DNA of 64,000 nt from positions 1 to 64,000 of the IMG/VR virus record IMGVR_UViG_3300048833_000111. One strand, 5' to 3'. Numbering within the stretch: the stretch's first letter is position 1; the number at the start of each line of letters is the position of its first letter. The position numbers and the translations under genes are program-made. The notes under the pieces were generated by a model. It saw only the letters and a program-made list of their open reading frames with translations, was not told where the DNA came from and searched no databases. The stretch comes from a virus. Of this stretch, positions 47,318 to 57,908 are shown piece by piece.

Positions 47318-48046
47318 ATGGATATTAGAAGTATGCACTATGACTTCAAGCAGAAGTTAAATAAAATTGACTCCCAACAATATAGGAACTTAAGAGTACC
47401 TGAAATTGATTGGAAGCTTAATGAAGCATACGAAATTTTTGTAAAATCCATAGCAGAACCAAGGTATAATAATCACTTAGGGTTTGAAGTAAATCAAAGA
47501 ACAACTGATGACATAAGAACTATAGTTAAAAATAATGTAACTATAGCACCTTTTATGGTAAATGAAACTTTAAAACCAGAAGTGATATTTAATATACCAA
47601 CAGATTATATGTTCTTCATATCTGGATATGCTACTATAGAGAAACCAGGGTGTGGCTCTAAACTAGTTAGAATAAAGATAAGACAACATGATGACGAACA
47701 TGAAGAGAGTTCTTTTGATAAATCCTCATATGAATGGGGAGAAGTAAATGCTAGATTTGTAGGTAATACTATAAAAGTATTTACAGATGAAACTTTTTAT
47801 GTACAAAATATAAAATTAAATTATATAAGAAAACACGCATATATTCACAATGCTCAAGACTTTTTGCCAAGCTCTAGTTATAAATTACCAAATGGTACTA
47901 TATTAACAGGCTTTCAAAATTGTGAACTTCCAGAACATACACATAGAGAAATAGTGGATATAGCTGTGCTTATAGCAACTGGTGAATTGCAGATACCAGA
48001 TTATCAAACAAAACAAGCAAAAATAAATTTAAATCAAATTAATTAA
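47318..48046 (+). CDS. Putative head-tail adaptor / ring protein
   Basis: EIDWKLNEA...YIRK...CELPEHTHREIVDIAV pattern. Confidence 0.6.
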   Translation: MDIRSMHYDFKQKLNKIDSQQYRNLRVPEIDWKLNEAYEIFVKSIAEPRYNNHLGFEVNQRTTDDIRTIVKNNVTIAPFMVNETLKPEVIFNIPTDYMFFISGYATIEKPGCGSKLVRIKIRQHDDEHEESSFDKSSYEWGEVNARFVGNTIKVFTDETFYVQNIKLNYIRKHAYIHNAQDFLPSSSYKLPNGTILTGFQNCELPEHTHREIVDIAVLIATGELQIPDYQTKQAKINLNQIN

Positions 48047-48057
48047 ACTAAAAAATT

Positions 48058-49284
48058 ATGAGTAGAAACAATCATGTGTTTCAAGTTTTAGTAACTAAAG
48101 GAAACCAAGCACCTATTGCTGCTGGTAATAGAGTTACAGACTTAGCTCCAGGTCAAATTGGTGTATTTGATTTCAACACTAATCTATCTTTAAGTGCTGC
48201 AACTCCATCTAGAAATTTCTATATGGCAGTTGGATTGGATTTAGATGGAGATACTGTTACTGATGATGTAATAAAATCTAGAGGTACACATATCCAGGGA
48301 AGAAATTCAGTATACTATACTTACAGACCACATACTCCAGGACAACCTATGAAAGTAGTTCTAAAGGATTATACAGCAGAGTGTGAAACAGAATATGGAA
48401 TTAAACTTGAACTTAGAAATCAAGAAATCTACAGAACACAAGGGTACAATCAGTTTACAAAAACTTATAGTATTGTAACTTCTTGCTGTAATGGTTGTAA
48501 TCCAACATGTCCATCAGGAGATGCTAATGAGATTACTAAACTATTAAAAATTAATATTAATAATGACCCATCTGGTCTAGTAGTTGCAGAAGCTATTGCA
48601 AGACAAGATATACTAGCAGAAGATGTACCAGATTTATCTGGAGATTTAGATGCAGGTGATGTTGTTTCTGATGCAGATTTAGAAGCTATTATGGCTTATA
48701 ATGCTACATTGGAAGACCCAGCAAATATGTTGTATACTGATTTAGAAGTAACAACTGTACCACAAAAGTTGAAATCTTTTGGAGATTTAAATCTTCAATA
48801 TTTCTACCCAAGAGAAGGTACTGTTATTATGAGTAAAGCAGGTTCAGATGGATTCAGATGTTCAGGTACTATTGAGGTTACTCAACAAGCTGTATTTGAA
48901 GAAGGTGCTGGATATGATATCAAGCAATTAGAATTCTTTGCAAAAGGTTGGGATGAATCTCCATATAGAGTGTCTACTCTAAATGGTGTAGCTGATGCTA
49001 AATTCTACAACACTGATGCAACTGTAAAATATGACCAATTTGTATTGGCTTATGAGCAAATGCATAAAAATGCTTGGTTGACATACAGTAATTCAGAAGC
49101 TACTTATATAGCTATTCCTACTACAGATGGTACAACTAGAACAGGTCTAGTAGCAATATTAGATGCTTTACTGGCAGATGAGAAATTTGATGCTAAAGCT
49201 GATGATGTAGCAGCTACAGTAGCTAGTACATCTACTATAGAAAGAACACAGGATAAAACTCCTGCTACTGATGGTATAGGGTAA
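48058..49284 (+). CDS. Abundant virion structural protein
   Basis: Highly-expressed codon bias; strong terminator follows. Confidence 0.6.
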   Translation: MSRNNHVFQVLVTKGNQAPIAAGNRVTDLAPGQIGVFDFNTNLSLSAATPSRNFYMAVGLDLDGDTVTDDVIKSRGTHIQGRNSVYYTYRPHTPGQPMKVVLKDYTAECETEYGIKLELRNQEIYRTQGYNQFTKTYSIVTSCCNGCNPTCPSGDANEITKLLKININNDPSGLVVAEAIARQDILAEDVPDLSGDLDAGDVVSDADLEAIMAYNATLEDPANMLYTDLEVTTVPQKLKSFGDLNLQYFYPREGTVIMSKAGSDGFRCSGTIEVTQQAVFEEGAGYDIKQLEFFAKGWDESPYRVSTLNGVADAKFYNTDATVKYDQFVLAYEQMHKNAWLTYSNSEATYIAIPTTDGTTRTGLVAILDALLADEKFDAKADDVAATVASTSTIERTQDKTPATDGIG

Positions 49285-49310
49285 TAAGTATTAATAATAC
49301 AAAATAACCA

Positions 49311-49340
49311 AAAAGGAGGAGGAAAGCCTCCTCCTTTTTT
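49311..49340 (+). terminator. Intrinsic terminator
   Basis: AGGAGGAGG-AAAG-CCTCCTCCT followed by T-run. Confidence 0.85.
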
Positions 49341-49369
49341 ATAATAAATAACTTTAATACTTATATAAT

Positions 49370-50035
49370 ATGGTTGCCGTAAACTATTTTTACTCTTTTG
49401 TTGAAACATCTATAGGTGTTTTTAAACTTGAAAACATTTCAGCTAATTTAAATCTAGATTATATATTAACTAGTGATAATGGTTGTGGTAGTTCTACTTT
49501 AGTACAAAAAGGACAATTAACTTCTAAAACTGTTATAGTTACTAATTCTGTAAATAATGAAGTAACTTTTTCAAATTTACCTGATGGCATATATTATTTA
49601 AGAGTTAAACATGTAGGACAATCTTATTATCCTACTATTCAAATAAATAATTTTGCAAATTTAGAATTATCTATATTGCAAGATGTAAAGGGGGTATTTG
49701 GAAACTGTACAGATTGTAGTGACCCAGCTAATCTATGTTGTCTATTAAATAAGATGAACTATTATTTTTTCTTAAAAGGAGGTACTAATAATAGTTTGGT
49801 TAAAAATGCTAATCAAAATCTTTTTGATAGTTATAAATGTTCTATGATAGGTAATATTGATTGTACCTTAAATAATGAATTATTTTATGGAAAATGTAAA
49901 ACTGATTTAAGATATATTATATCTTTTTTCTATTTATGGATGTATAACAGTAGGGTATTAGTTGATAAGATAACAGTATATGACTACACTAGAATATATA
50001 AATATATTTCAACAAAAATAGTAAACTTACAATAA
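49370..50035 (+). CDS. Putative tail/fibre-hub structural protein
   Basis: LPDGIYY Ig-like segment and Cys clusters; position. Confidence 0.45.
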   Translation: MVAVNYFYSFVETSIGVFKLENISANLNLDYILTSDNGCGSSTLVQKGQLTSKTVIVTNSVNNEVTFSNLPDGIYYLRVKHVGQSYYPTIQINNFANLELSILQDVKGVFGNCTDCSDPANLCCLLNKMNYYFFLKGGTNNSLVKNANQNLFDSYKCSMIGNIDCTLNNELFYGKCKTDLRYIISFFYLWMYNSRVLVDKITVYDYTRIYKYISTKIVNLQ

Positions 50036-50036
50036 T

Positions 50037-50498
50037 ATGGATTTTTTCTTAAAAAAAGAAATAGAACAACTTAAGTGTACAATAAGAAAGTTACTATGTT
50101 GTAATTGTACTTGTGATGATGGTGGTTCAACTGGACCTCCAAAGAACACTGTAAAAGTATTTTTAAACAGTAATTTCTGTTGTAATTATGAGGATAGTGT
50201 ATCTTTAAATATACCCAATAATTGCTGTTCTAATCCTACTGTGTATGTTCAATTATTTCAAGATTGCTGTGAAAACACAGCCCCAAGAGTACTATTAAAT
50301 ATGTATAGTAATTGCTGTACTCCAGATAATGTATCTGTTGAAATAGCTAATCCTTGTTGTGCTAATTTAGTTGTAATCTCAATGCCTAACCCTTGTTGTC
50401 AGGTAAATACTGTAGAAGTAATCTTATCTACAGACTGTTGTCAAGATGATGATAATACAGTTACATTAAACTTATATAGTAACTGTTGTGAAAATTAA
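50037..50498 (+). CDS. Cys-Cys repeat protein
   Basis: Eight ~15-aa repeats of VxVxLxxxCC. Confidence 0.7.
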   Translation: MDFFLKKEIEQLKCTIRKLLCCNCTCDDGGSTGPPKNTVKVFLNSNFCCNYEDSVSLNIPNNCCSNPTVYVQLFQDCCENTAPRVLLNMYSNCCTPDNVSVEIANPCCANLVVISMPNPCCQVNTVEVILSTDCCQDDDNTVTLNLYSNCCEN

Positions 50499-50526
50499 TA
50501 AATAAAAAAATAAAAATAAAAATAAA

Positions 50527-51048
50527 ATGTGTGTAATAGATTTTAACATTGTAACTACTGGTACAGAACCAGTAGCAGCAGAAGGTAGATACAGAAATTT
50601 AGATGTTGTAGATGCTTTATGGACAACATTTACAGTAAATTTATTAGAACAAGAAACTCCAGATATTGTTATTAATGGTAACTATGAGCTTCAAGTAAGA
50701 GTTCAATATCCAGATACAACTTGGTCTGATTGGACTGGTTCTTCATTATTTACTATAGGTAATTGTACTCAAACAGGTAACTTATATGCACCTTTAGGGG
50801 AATCAGATTGTCAAGATATAGTAGCAGGAGACTTTACTACAGTATTATTTTCAGATAATCCTGATTCAGGTCAAGCTTGTTATAGTGTAGAAATAGGAGA
50901 TATGTTGTATAAAGATAGTAGCCTTACTATACCAGCAGATGCTGGAACTTATATAATGTATGGTTCCTTTAATGGATGTTTCCAAGAAAGAAGAGGATTT
51001 ACTGTAAATGGTTCAGGACAAGTTATAGATAATTTCTTCTGTGCTTAA
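50527..51048 (+). CDS. Virion-associated protein with FN3/Ig-like domain
   Basis: YELQVRV...WSDW motif. Confidence 0.55.
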   Translation: MCVIDFNIVTTGTEPVAAEGRYRNLDVVDALWTTFTVNLLEQETPDIVINGNYELQVRVQYPDTTWSDWTGSSLFTIGNCTQTGNLYAPLGESDCQDIVAGDFTTVLFSDNPDSGQACYSVEIGDMLYKDSSLTIPADAGTYIMYGSFNGCFQERRGFTVNGSGQVIDNFFCA

Positions 51049-51065
51049 TATAAAAAATATATAAT

Positions 51066-52073
51066 ATGTTTCAAAATTTAAAACAGAAAACTAGAAATAG
51101 AGAAGATATTTCTAAGTTACTTGTAAGACTTATGTATAAAGTTGCTCTTTTAGAAAAAGAAGTTTCTGAAGGAGGGGGTGGTGGTGGAATACAATCTGTA
51201 GTTGAAGGAGAAAATATATCTATTGATAATTCTGACCCTTTAAATCCAATAATAAATAATACAGCAGGTATAGGACCTCCAAATACTTTTATAGGTAATG
51301 CTGGAGCAACTTTAACAACAAAGGAATTGTTGGCAAATAGATATGTAGATATTACTGCAAATGATATACATAATTTTCAAATTGATGCTAATAATAACAT
51401 TTCTTGTTATATAGGTAAAGAATATACATTTAAGAGAGATGCTTTTAGAAATTCTGCTATACCAGGAATATCTTATTATATAGATATTGATGGAAAAGCT
51501 GTAGATACTGTTTATGATGGGGCTAATATTTTTAGGCAAATTACTAAACTTCTTGTTATATTGCCTAATTGGAAAAGAATGGAATATAATACTTTTGCCT
51601 ATAGTAGTATTGAGTTGATAAGTATTCCTTCCGCAATACCTATTGGTTATAACCCTGCTGCAAATAGTGAATTTCAAAGTGCTACTTTTCTAAATACAGC
51701 AAATATTTATGTTAATAAAACAAATGAAACAATAAATGCAGGAAATCCAGATGCTGATTTAACTGGAGGAGCAGCTCCTTTTGTAAAATATTCTACAAAT
51801 AAAGATAAACCTATGCCAGTAAATTACATAGAAAGTACACAAGGAAGTAATAATATTAATGTTACATTAATAGGTAAAGTCTTTCATTCAAACCCAATAG
51901 ATTGGTATTTAGTATTTGTAGATGGTGTTTATAAAGGAAGAACTAATACTACAAGTTTTGATATTACTGGCTTAAATCCCTCCACAAGTTATAAAATAAA
52001 ATTTTTAACAATTGATAGTATGGGTAATAATTCAAAATTTAGTAGAGAATTTAATATAACAACAACAGCTTAA
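51066..52073 (+). CDS. Putative tail fibre with BspA-like repeats and C-terminal FN3 domain
   Basis: DAFRNS/NTFAYS repeats; ITGLNPSTSYKI...DSMGN.S FN3 signature. Confidence 0.6.
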   Translation: MFQNLKQKTRNREDISKLLVRLMYKVALLEKEVSEGGGGGGIQSVVEGENISIDNSDPLNPIINNTAGIGPPNTFIGNAGATLTTKELLANRYVDITANDIHNFQIDANNNISCYIGKEYTFKRDAFRNSAIPGISYYIDIDGKAVDTVYDGANIFRQITKLLVILPNWKRMEYNTFAYSSIELISIPSAIPIGYNPAANSEFQSATFLNTANIYVNKTNETINAGNPDADLTGGAAPFVKYSTNKDKPMPVNYIESTQGSNNINVTLIGKVFHSNPIDWYLVFVDGVYKGRTNTTSFDITGLNPSTSYKIKFLTIDSMGNNSKFSREFNITTTA

Positions 52074-52075
52074 TT

Positions 52076-54385
52076 ATGAGAAACTTAAGAAGTACAATAA
52101 ATAAAATATTAAAAGACATTAAATGTCTTAAATGTGCTGTAAAAGAGCTTATAGAAGGTGGAACTGGTGGTGATGGTATTCAGTCTATTCAAGAAGGAAC
52201 TAATATAACTGTAGATAACACAGACCCAAGCAGCCCAATAATAAATGCTATTACACCAACACTTCAACAAGTAACCACAGCGGGAAATACAAGTAATAAA
52301 GATATAGAACTCGCCTATTCAGCCAACCAAAAAACGTCAATCAAGAGTTATGGAAATATAGACCTTCAATCATCAATCGGAAAAGCTGCATTAAACTCCC
52401 AAGGATTAACCATATATCAAAATGCGTCATCTACTAATGCATATACTTTTAACTACTCGAAATTTAGTTTTAATACTTCGAGCGGTGCAGTAACGTATCA
52501 CCTACCCACACAAGCAGACTATAATAGTACATCTATTAATAATATTGCTATTGTAGGCAGGAAGCCTGTAAAAACAATAAGTACAGCAACATATAGTTTG
52601 GTTTACAATGACAGAAATAACATTCTACTCTTCACACATCCCGCTGGTTGTACGATAACTGTATCATCTAGTGACTTGGCTAGTACAAGAACTAATAACC
52701 ATTATTATGGATTACAGCTTGGCGGAAAATTAACTTTTACACCACAAGCAGGAATTACATTAACAGGTAGTACTGAAACATTGGGAGTTGGTTGTCGTTT
52801 TGAGATAAACTTTATTGCAAATGAAAATTTTCACATATCAGTAACTCCAACAAAAGAATGGGTTTTAGCTAATTCTAATATATCAGCAAATGATGTTAGA
52901 AGCTTTGGAGCAGTTGGAAATGGTGTTACAGATGATACAGTAGCTATACAAGCTGCTTTAGATTCAGCACATAAAGAAATTATATTTCCAGCAGGATTTA
53001 CATTTTTAGTAGATGGTGGAGTAGAAGACAATGTTGGTTTTAGGACTATACATGCAAATGGTAGTACAATTAAATTAAAAGACAATGCTTCTGTTGATAA
53101 AGTAATACTTAGAGTAAATGCTGATTTTACAACCATACTTGGTGGTACTTGGGATGGTAATAAAACTAATGGTAATGCTACTGGAGATACTTATAGTAAT
53201 TCAGGTATTTCTTTATATGCTGATAATTGTGTAGTAAGGGATGCTTGGTTAAAAGACTCTTCTGATATAGGTATTAAAGGAAATGGTAGTTATAATGAAT
53301 GTATTAATAATAGAATAACAGGAACTACTCACTATGGTATTTTCTTTGATGCAGATGACTCAACTATTTATGTAGGTAACAAAGCTTTATCCAATAAAAT
53401 AGATATGTCTTCTGCTACAGGTGAAGGACAAGGGATATTATTTACTTCTTCTGAATCAACAGGAGGAGACCAACAAGATTGGGAAATTTCTTATAATTAT
53501 GTAATTGGAGATAATAGTCCAGGAGTATTAGACCAAGCTATCAACCTTAATTGTAGAGGAACTAATGGAAAAGTTATTGGAAACAATACTAAATATGGTT
53601 CTATGGGATGGTCAGAAGGTGGGGATGGTACTTTAATACAAGGTAATAATTTCCATGATTTAGCAGCTACAGGAATAGGGTATGGTATTGAACCTTCTGG
53701 TAAACAAATTATAATAGGTAACACTATTACAGGGGCTAAGACAGGTATTATTGTATCTGATTACTACTTTGATAAAGGTATTATATCTAATAATGTAATT
53801 CAAAGTACAGTAGCAGGAATTGAAATAGCTCCTTCTGTTGGTAAGTCTGCTAATTATGCAGTAATAATAGGAAATACAATTACATCCTATGACCCAATAG
53901 TACTTATTAGAGAAACAATAGGAATGGCTATTAAAGGTAATACCTTAATGGGAACAAATAGTGCAAGAAGTGGTATTACTGCTGATAGTATAACACAACC
54001 TTGTTATTTAAATGTAGTAGGTAATACTTTCTATAATTTACATGCTCCTGTTAGATTATACGCTGGTTCAGCATTAGCTTATCAAAATGTATATGTAAGT
54101 GATACTACCACAATAGGAATGAACTTAGATAGAGCAACATCATTCTATTTAGATGGTTCAGCCACATTAGGTGCCAATTGTAAAATAGTAAATCATTCTG
54201 AAAGAAATGTAAATGTTTTAGATGCCCAAAATAACATAGTTGATTATACAGTAGGATGGTATTCAGACCCTAATGGAGATATTGCTGCGGGAGTAGGCTC
54301 TACTTACAAAGGAACAAGTGGAGGTGGTTACTATTTTAAACAGACAGGAACAGGTAATACAGGATGGGTTAAAATAGACCCTTAA
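52076..54385 (+). CDS. Tailspike / depolymerase with right-handed beta-helix (pectate-lyase-like)
   Basis: DVRSFGAVGNGVTDDTVAIQAALD and repeated I.GN motifs. Confidence 0.85.
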   Translation: MRNLRSTINKILKDIKCLKCAVKELIEGGTGGDGIQSIQEGTNITVDNTDPSSPIINAITPTLQQVTTAGNTSNKDIELAYSANQKTSIKSYGNIDLQSSIGKAALNSQGLTIYQNASSTNAYTFNYSKFSFNTSSGAVTYHLPTQADYNSTSINNIAIVGRKPVKTISTATYSLVYNDRNNILLFTHPAGCTITVSSSDLASTRTNNHYYGLQLGGKLTFTPQAGITLTGSTETLGVGCRFEINFIANENFHISVTPTKEWVLANSNISANDVRSFGAVGNGVTDDTVAIQAALDSAHKEIIFPAGFTFLVDGGVEDNVGFRTIHANGSTIKLKDNASVDKVILRVNADFTTILGGTWDGNKTNGNATGDTYSNSGISLYADNCVVRDAWLKDSSDIGIKGNGSYNECINNRITGTTHYGIFFDADDSTIYVGNKALSNKIDMSSATGEGQGILFTSSESTGGDQQDWEISYNYVIGDNSPGVLDQAINLNCRGTNGKVIGNNTKYGSMGWSEGGDGTLIQGNNFHDLAATGIGYGIEPSGKQIIIGNTITGAKTGIIVSDYYFDKGIISNNVIQSTVAGIEIAPSVGKSANYAVIIGNTITSYDPIVLIRETIGMAIKGNTLMGTNSARSGITADSITQPCYLNVVGNTFYNLHAPVRLYAGSALAYQNVYVSDTTTIGMNLDRATSFYLDGSATLGANCKIVNHSERNVNVLDAQNNIVDYTVGWYSDPNGDIAAGVGSTYKGTSGGGYYFKQTGTGNTGWVKIDP

Positions 54386-54451
54386 TAAATCAAACATAAT
54401 AATATTCATAAATTATGTATAAAAGACATTAACCCTCTTAAAATAAGAAAT

Positions 54452-54946
54452 ATGAAAATTTTAAAAGAAATAAATAAAAAGTTTAATATAATATTTCAAA
54501 GACTTAGAAATATTGAGAATACTACAACTGAAGTACCTACACCTAAAATATTAATCTATAGGAAATTTTTAACAGCTGAAGAAGTTAGAAGTGGTTATGT
54601 AGAGTTATTTTCAGCTCCAAATATATCCTCTTATATATTACCTAGAAGTTGTTACTTGAGATTTACTCCTTTTAGTACTCCTTATGATGCTACTGCAATA
54701 ACTATAGCATACAACAACCCCTCTCAAACTACAGCATTCACAGGACCAGATGATATACTTACAGGAGTTGCTAATATAGTTACACCACTTACAAATGTAT
54801 TTACTGGTGAAATTAGATTATCTGGAGGGAGTTCAGCTATTAGGGGAGCTGGACTTGTATATCAACATGATGGAGATGCAGGTATTGATGGAGATGGTAG
54901 AGTAGAAATCATAATAGAATATACTATAGAAAGTTCGCAGTTATAA
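54452..54946 (+). CDS. Putative virion/fibre-associated protein
   Basis: N-terminal coiled coil like neighbouring fibre genes. Confidence 0.5.
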   Translation: MKILKEINKKFNIIFQRLRNIENTTTEVPTPKILIYRKFLTAEEVRSGYVELFSAPNISSYILPRSCYLRFTPFSTPYDATAITIAYNNPSQTTAFTGPDDILTGVANIVTPLTNVFTGEIRLSGGSSAIRGAGLVYQHDGDAGIDGDGRVEIIIEYTIESSQL

Positions 54947-54950
54947 TAAT

Positions 54951-55064
54951 ATGGAAGTACATCCAGTATATTATATAACAGTAGTTGTATTTATAATTAT
55001 TGCAACTTTAGTAACATTATATAGAATATTGAGAATTATGCCAAAATATATGTGTAGAAAATAA
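54951..55064 (+). CDS. Small single-TM peptide (37 aa) coupled to holin
   Basis: MEVHPVYYITVVVFIIIATLVTLYRILRIMPKYMCRK*; TAATG overlap. Confidence 0.55.
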   Translation: MEVHPVYYITVVVFIIIATLVTLYRILRIMPKYMCRK

Positions 55065-55435
55065 TGGAACAATTAATAGAACACCTAATACCCTATATTA
55101 AAAAATATGGTCCCCTTATATTAGGAGGGGTATTAGGTGCTATAATACATAGATTAAGAACACAAATGTCCCTATTACAATTTATAGGGTCTGTAATAAT
55201 ATCTATGTTTGTAGCCCTTAGTGTAGGTATTGTATGCCAAGATTATTTTGAACTTAAAGATACTATTATATTCGTATTATGCGGAGCTTCAGGAGTATTT
55301 AGTAAAGCTATACTTGATGAGATTGAAGAGATAATTAAAAGTGCATCAAGTATTGTTAAAGCTAGATATGGAAGGTCAGAGCAAATAGAGATAATACCAG
55401 GTACAGAGCCTGAGGGAAATTCTGAAAAATATTAA
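55064..55435 (+). CDS. Putative holin
   Basis: Three hydrophobic helices and charged C-terminus. Confidence 0.65.
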   Translation: MEQLIEHLIPYIKKYGPLILGGVLGAIIHRLRTQMSLLQFIGSVIISMFVALSVGIVCQDYFELKDTIIFVLCGASGVFSKAILDEIEEIIKSASSIVKARYGRSEQIEIIPGTEPEGNSEKY

Positions 55436-55508
55436 ATTTTCGCTATATATAAATTAGGTTTTTAGGGATTTTTTTTGTAATTTTGTACTTACAAAATTAT
55501 ATAATAAT

Positions 55509-56477
55509 ATGCAAAATTTACAAAATTTATTTAGAGAAAATGAGTGGAATCTTATTCAGGACATTTTAACAAATGGAAAAACTGAAAGTTGGTATGAATT
55601 ATCTACAAGATATAATATTAAACCACAAGGCAGTTCAATACAAAGAAGAAAAGCTGCAAATGATATTTACAGAAAATATTTAAGAAAAATTAATAGTACT
55701 ATTGAAGAATCAATACAACCTAAAGTTTTAATATATGATATTGAAACTTCTAAAACAATATTTGAATTGTGGTGGAGTGGTAAACAATTTGTAAATGGTA
55801 ATAGTTCATTAGAAGATTCTAAAATAGTTACTATATCTTATAAGTGGTTAGGCTCAGATGAAGTGGGAGCAGTTAAATGGAGTAAGAAGAAATCTGATAA
55901 GAAGCTTATAAAAAAGTTTCTTAAGGTCTACAATCAAGCTGACATGGTTATAGGAATTAATAATGACAGATTTGATAATAAATATATAAATACAAGAGCA
56001 GCAAAGTATGGTCTAGATGTAAACTTACATGTTAAGTCTTTAGATGTTCAAAGAGAATGTAGAAGATTATTTAGGTTACCTTCTTATTCTATGAAATATT
56101 TAGGAAGATATTTCCAATTACCACAGCAAAAAATGAAAGTACATTTGGAAGATATCTGGGAAGATATAGCACATGGTACTCCAAAACAAGCTAAGAAGGC
56201 TATGAATCTTCTTATTGAATATAATGTAGTTGATATTCTTACTACAGAACAATTATATTTAAAATTAAAAAAATATTTAAAACACCCTATACATTTAGGA
56301 GTTTTAAAAGGGGAAGGTAAGATAACTTGCCCAGCTTGTGGAAGTAATAATGTTAAGGCTAAAAAGACAACTTGGACTTCAGCAGGTACAGTACAAATAA
56401 TAATGGAATGTAAAGAGGATGGTCATACTTACAAAGTAAGTAATTCCACTTATCTAAAAGAATTTACAAATGGGTAA
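55509..56477 (+). CDS. DnaQ/RNase H-like 3'-5' exonuclease with C-terminal zinc ribbon
   Basis: YDIET, N.DRFD, YNVVD motifs; CPACGS. Confidence 0.8.
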   Translation: MQNLQNLFRENEWNLIQDILTNGKTESWYELSTRYNIKPQGSSIQRRKAANDIYRKYLRKINSTIEESIQPKVLIYDIETSKTIFELWWSGKQFVNGNSSLEDSKIVTISYKWLGSDEVGAVKWSKKKSDKKLIKKFLKVYNQADMVIGINNDRFDNKYINTRAAKYGLDVNLHVKSLDVQRECRRLFRLPSYSMKYLGRYFQLPQQKMKVHLEDIWEDIAHGTPKQAKKAMNLLIEYNVVDILTTEQLYLKLKKYLKHPIHLGVLKGEGKITCPACGSNNVKAKKTTWTSAGTVQIIMECKEDGHTYKVSNSTYLKEFTNG

Positions 56478-57210
56478 ACAAAGTATAATAGATAGGATGA
56501 AACCTTTACAGGAAATTACTAATAGAAAACAGCAAATTCTAGACTTCTTTGGGAGTCTAGAATTTAATGCTAAAGAACATAGCTACAGTGTAGCTAATAA
56601 AAATATGAAGTCTGTATCTTCAGTTATAAAAGATTTTACAGAACCTTTTGATGCTGATAAAGTAGCTGGATTTGTGGCTAGGAAAAGAGGTATTTCAAAA
56701 GAAGAAGTTTTACAGGAATGGGAAAATAAAAGAATTGCAGCTTGTAGTAAAGGTAATAGGGTACATAGCTTTGGAGAGAATTTTACAGGTGAAACAACTC
56801 CTATAGATGGATATGAAAAAGCAGTATGTGCTTTCTGGGATTCAATTCCAAATCATATACAACCTTTTTTATTTGAACTTCAAATGTTTTCAGAAGAATT
56901 GGGAATTGCAGGTACAGCAGATATTATATTGTATAATACCAATACTGGTAAATTTGTAATAGCAGATTATAAGACTAATATAGATTTATTTAAAAACTAT
57001 AGGGGTAAAAAAATGTTACCACCTTTTGACCATATGTTAGATTGCCCATATAGTAAATATGAATTACAATTATCTTTTTATCAGTATTTATTTGAACAAT
57101 CAGGTTTTGAGGTTGAAGATAGAAAAATAGTTTGGTTAAAAAATAATGGTACTTTCAAAGTGTATAGAACACAAAATTGGATACATGAAATTAAAAATGC
57201 ACTACAATGA
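56470..57210 (+). CDS. PD-(D/E)XK (Cas4/RecB-like) nuclease
   Basis: SVSS, GNRVH, E...AGTAD...DYKT, YELQLSFY. Confidence 0.8.
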   Translation: MGKQSIIDRMKPLQEITNRKQQILDFFGSLEFNAKEHSYSVANKNMKSVSSVIKDFTEPFDADKVAGFVARKRGISKEEVLQEWENKRIAACSKGNRVHSFGENFTGETTPIDGYEKAVCAFWDSIPNHIQPFLFELQMFSEELGIAGTADIILYNTNTGKFVIADYKTNIDLFKNYRGKKMLPPFDHMLDCPYSKYELQLSFYQYLFEQSGFEVEDRKIVWLKNNGTFKVYRTQNWIHEIKNALQ

Positions 57211-57908
57211 AAATAAAAAATCTTATAGATAGAGTACAGACCTTATATTCTAAAGGAGTAAAATCTGATGATTCTAGATTATCTAATAGATATATTTATA
57301 ATAAGTTACTTTCTATAAGAGCTAAACTTATTGCACAACAGTATAAGAAGAAACAATCTGTTTCTCAATGGAACTATCAAACCCTTCCCTGTGTTAAACT
57401 TATTAAAGTTCCAGCACACCAATGTCCATGCTTACCACCTATAGGATGTAATATATTAAGAAGTGAGTATAGATTGCCAAAACCTATAATGGGATTTACT
57501 GATGAATTAATACAAAATGTAACTTCAGTTGATAGGGTAATGAAAATTGATAGGGTAAATCTTAATGCAGTTAATTCACAGAAAGGTAATAAGTATACTT
57601 CTATGAAAACTAATTATTTTGTACAAGATGGTTATCTGTATATTACTACTCCAGTTAATATAAAAGTAGTATCTTTGTCAGGTCTATTTGAAGACCCACT
57701 AGAAGCAGAAACTTTTAAAGGATACTGTGATGATTGTGTAGATTGTATGAAATGTATAGACTATTTAGAACAAGATTTTCCTATAGATAATGATATGATT
57801 GATAGCCTTATAGAACTTACTGTACAGGAAGTTGTTGTACTATTCTCTCAAAGTGCAGAAGATATAACTAATAATACTAGGGATAACTTAAAAGAACAAA
57901 GTAAATAA
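57207..57908 (+). CDS. Putative tail ring protein
   Basis: crAss-like synteny; GLFEDP...FPID motif. Confidence 0.55.
   Translation: MKIKNLIDRVQTLYSKGVKSDDSRLSNRYIYNKLLSIRAKLIAQQYKKKQSVSQWNYQTLPCVKLIKVPAHQCPCLPPIGCNILRSEYRLPKPIMGFTDELIQNVTSVDRVMKIDRVNLNAVNSQKGNKYTSMKTNYFVQDGYLYITTPVNIKVVSLSGLFEDPLEAETFKGYCDDCVDCMKCIDYLEQDFPIDNDMIDSLIELTVQEVVVLFSQSAEDITNNTRDNLKEQSK

Noticed and set aside
56470-57210. Cas4 as part of a CRISPR system
   Set aside because: Stand-alone PD-(D/E)XK nuclease without an Fe-S cysteine set, array or other cas genes
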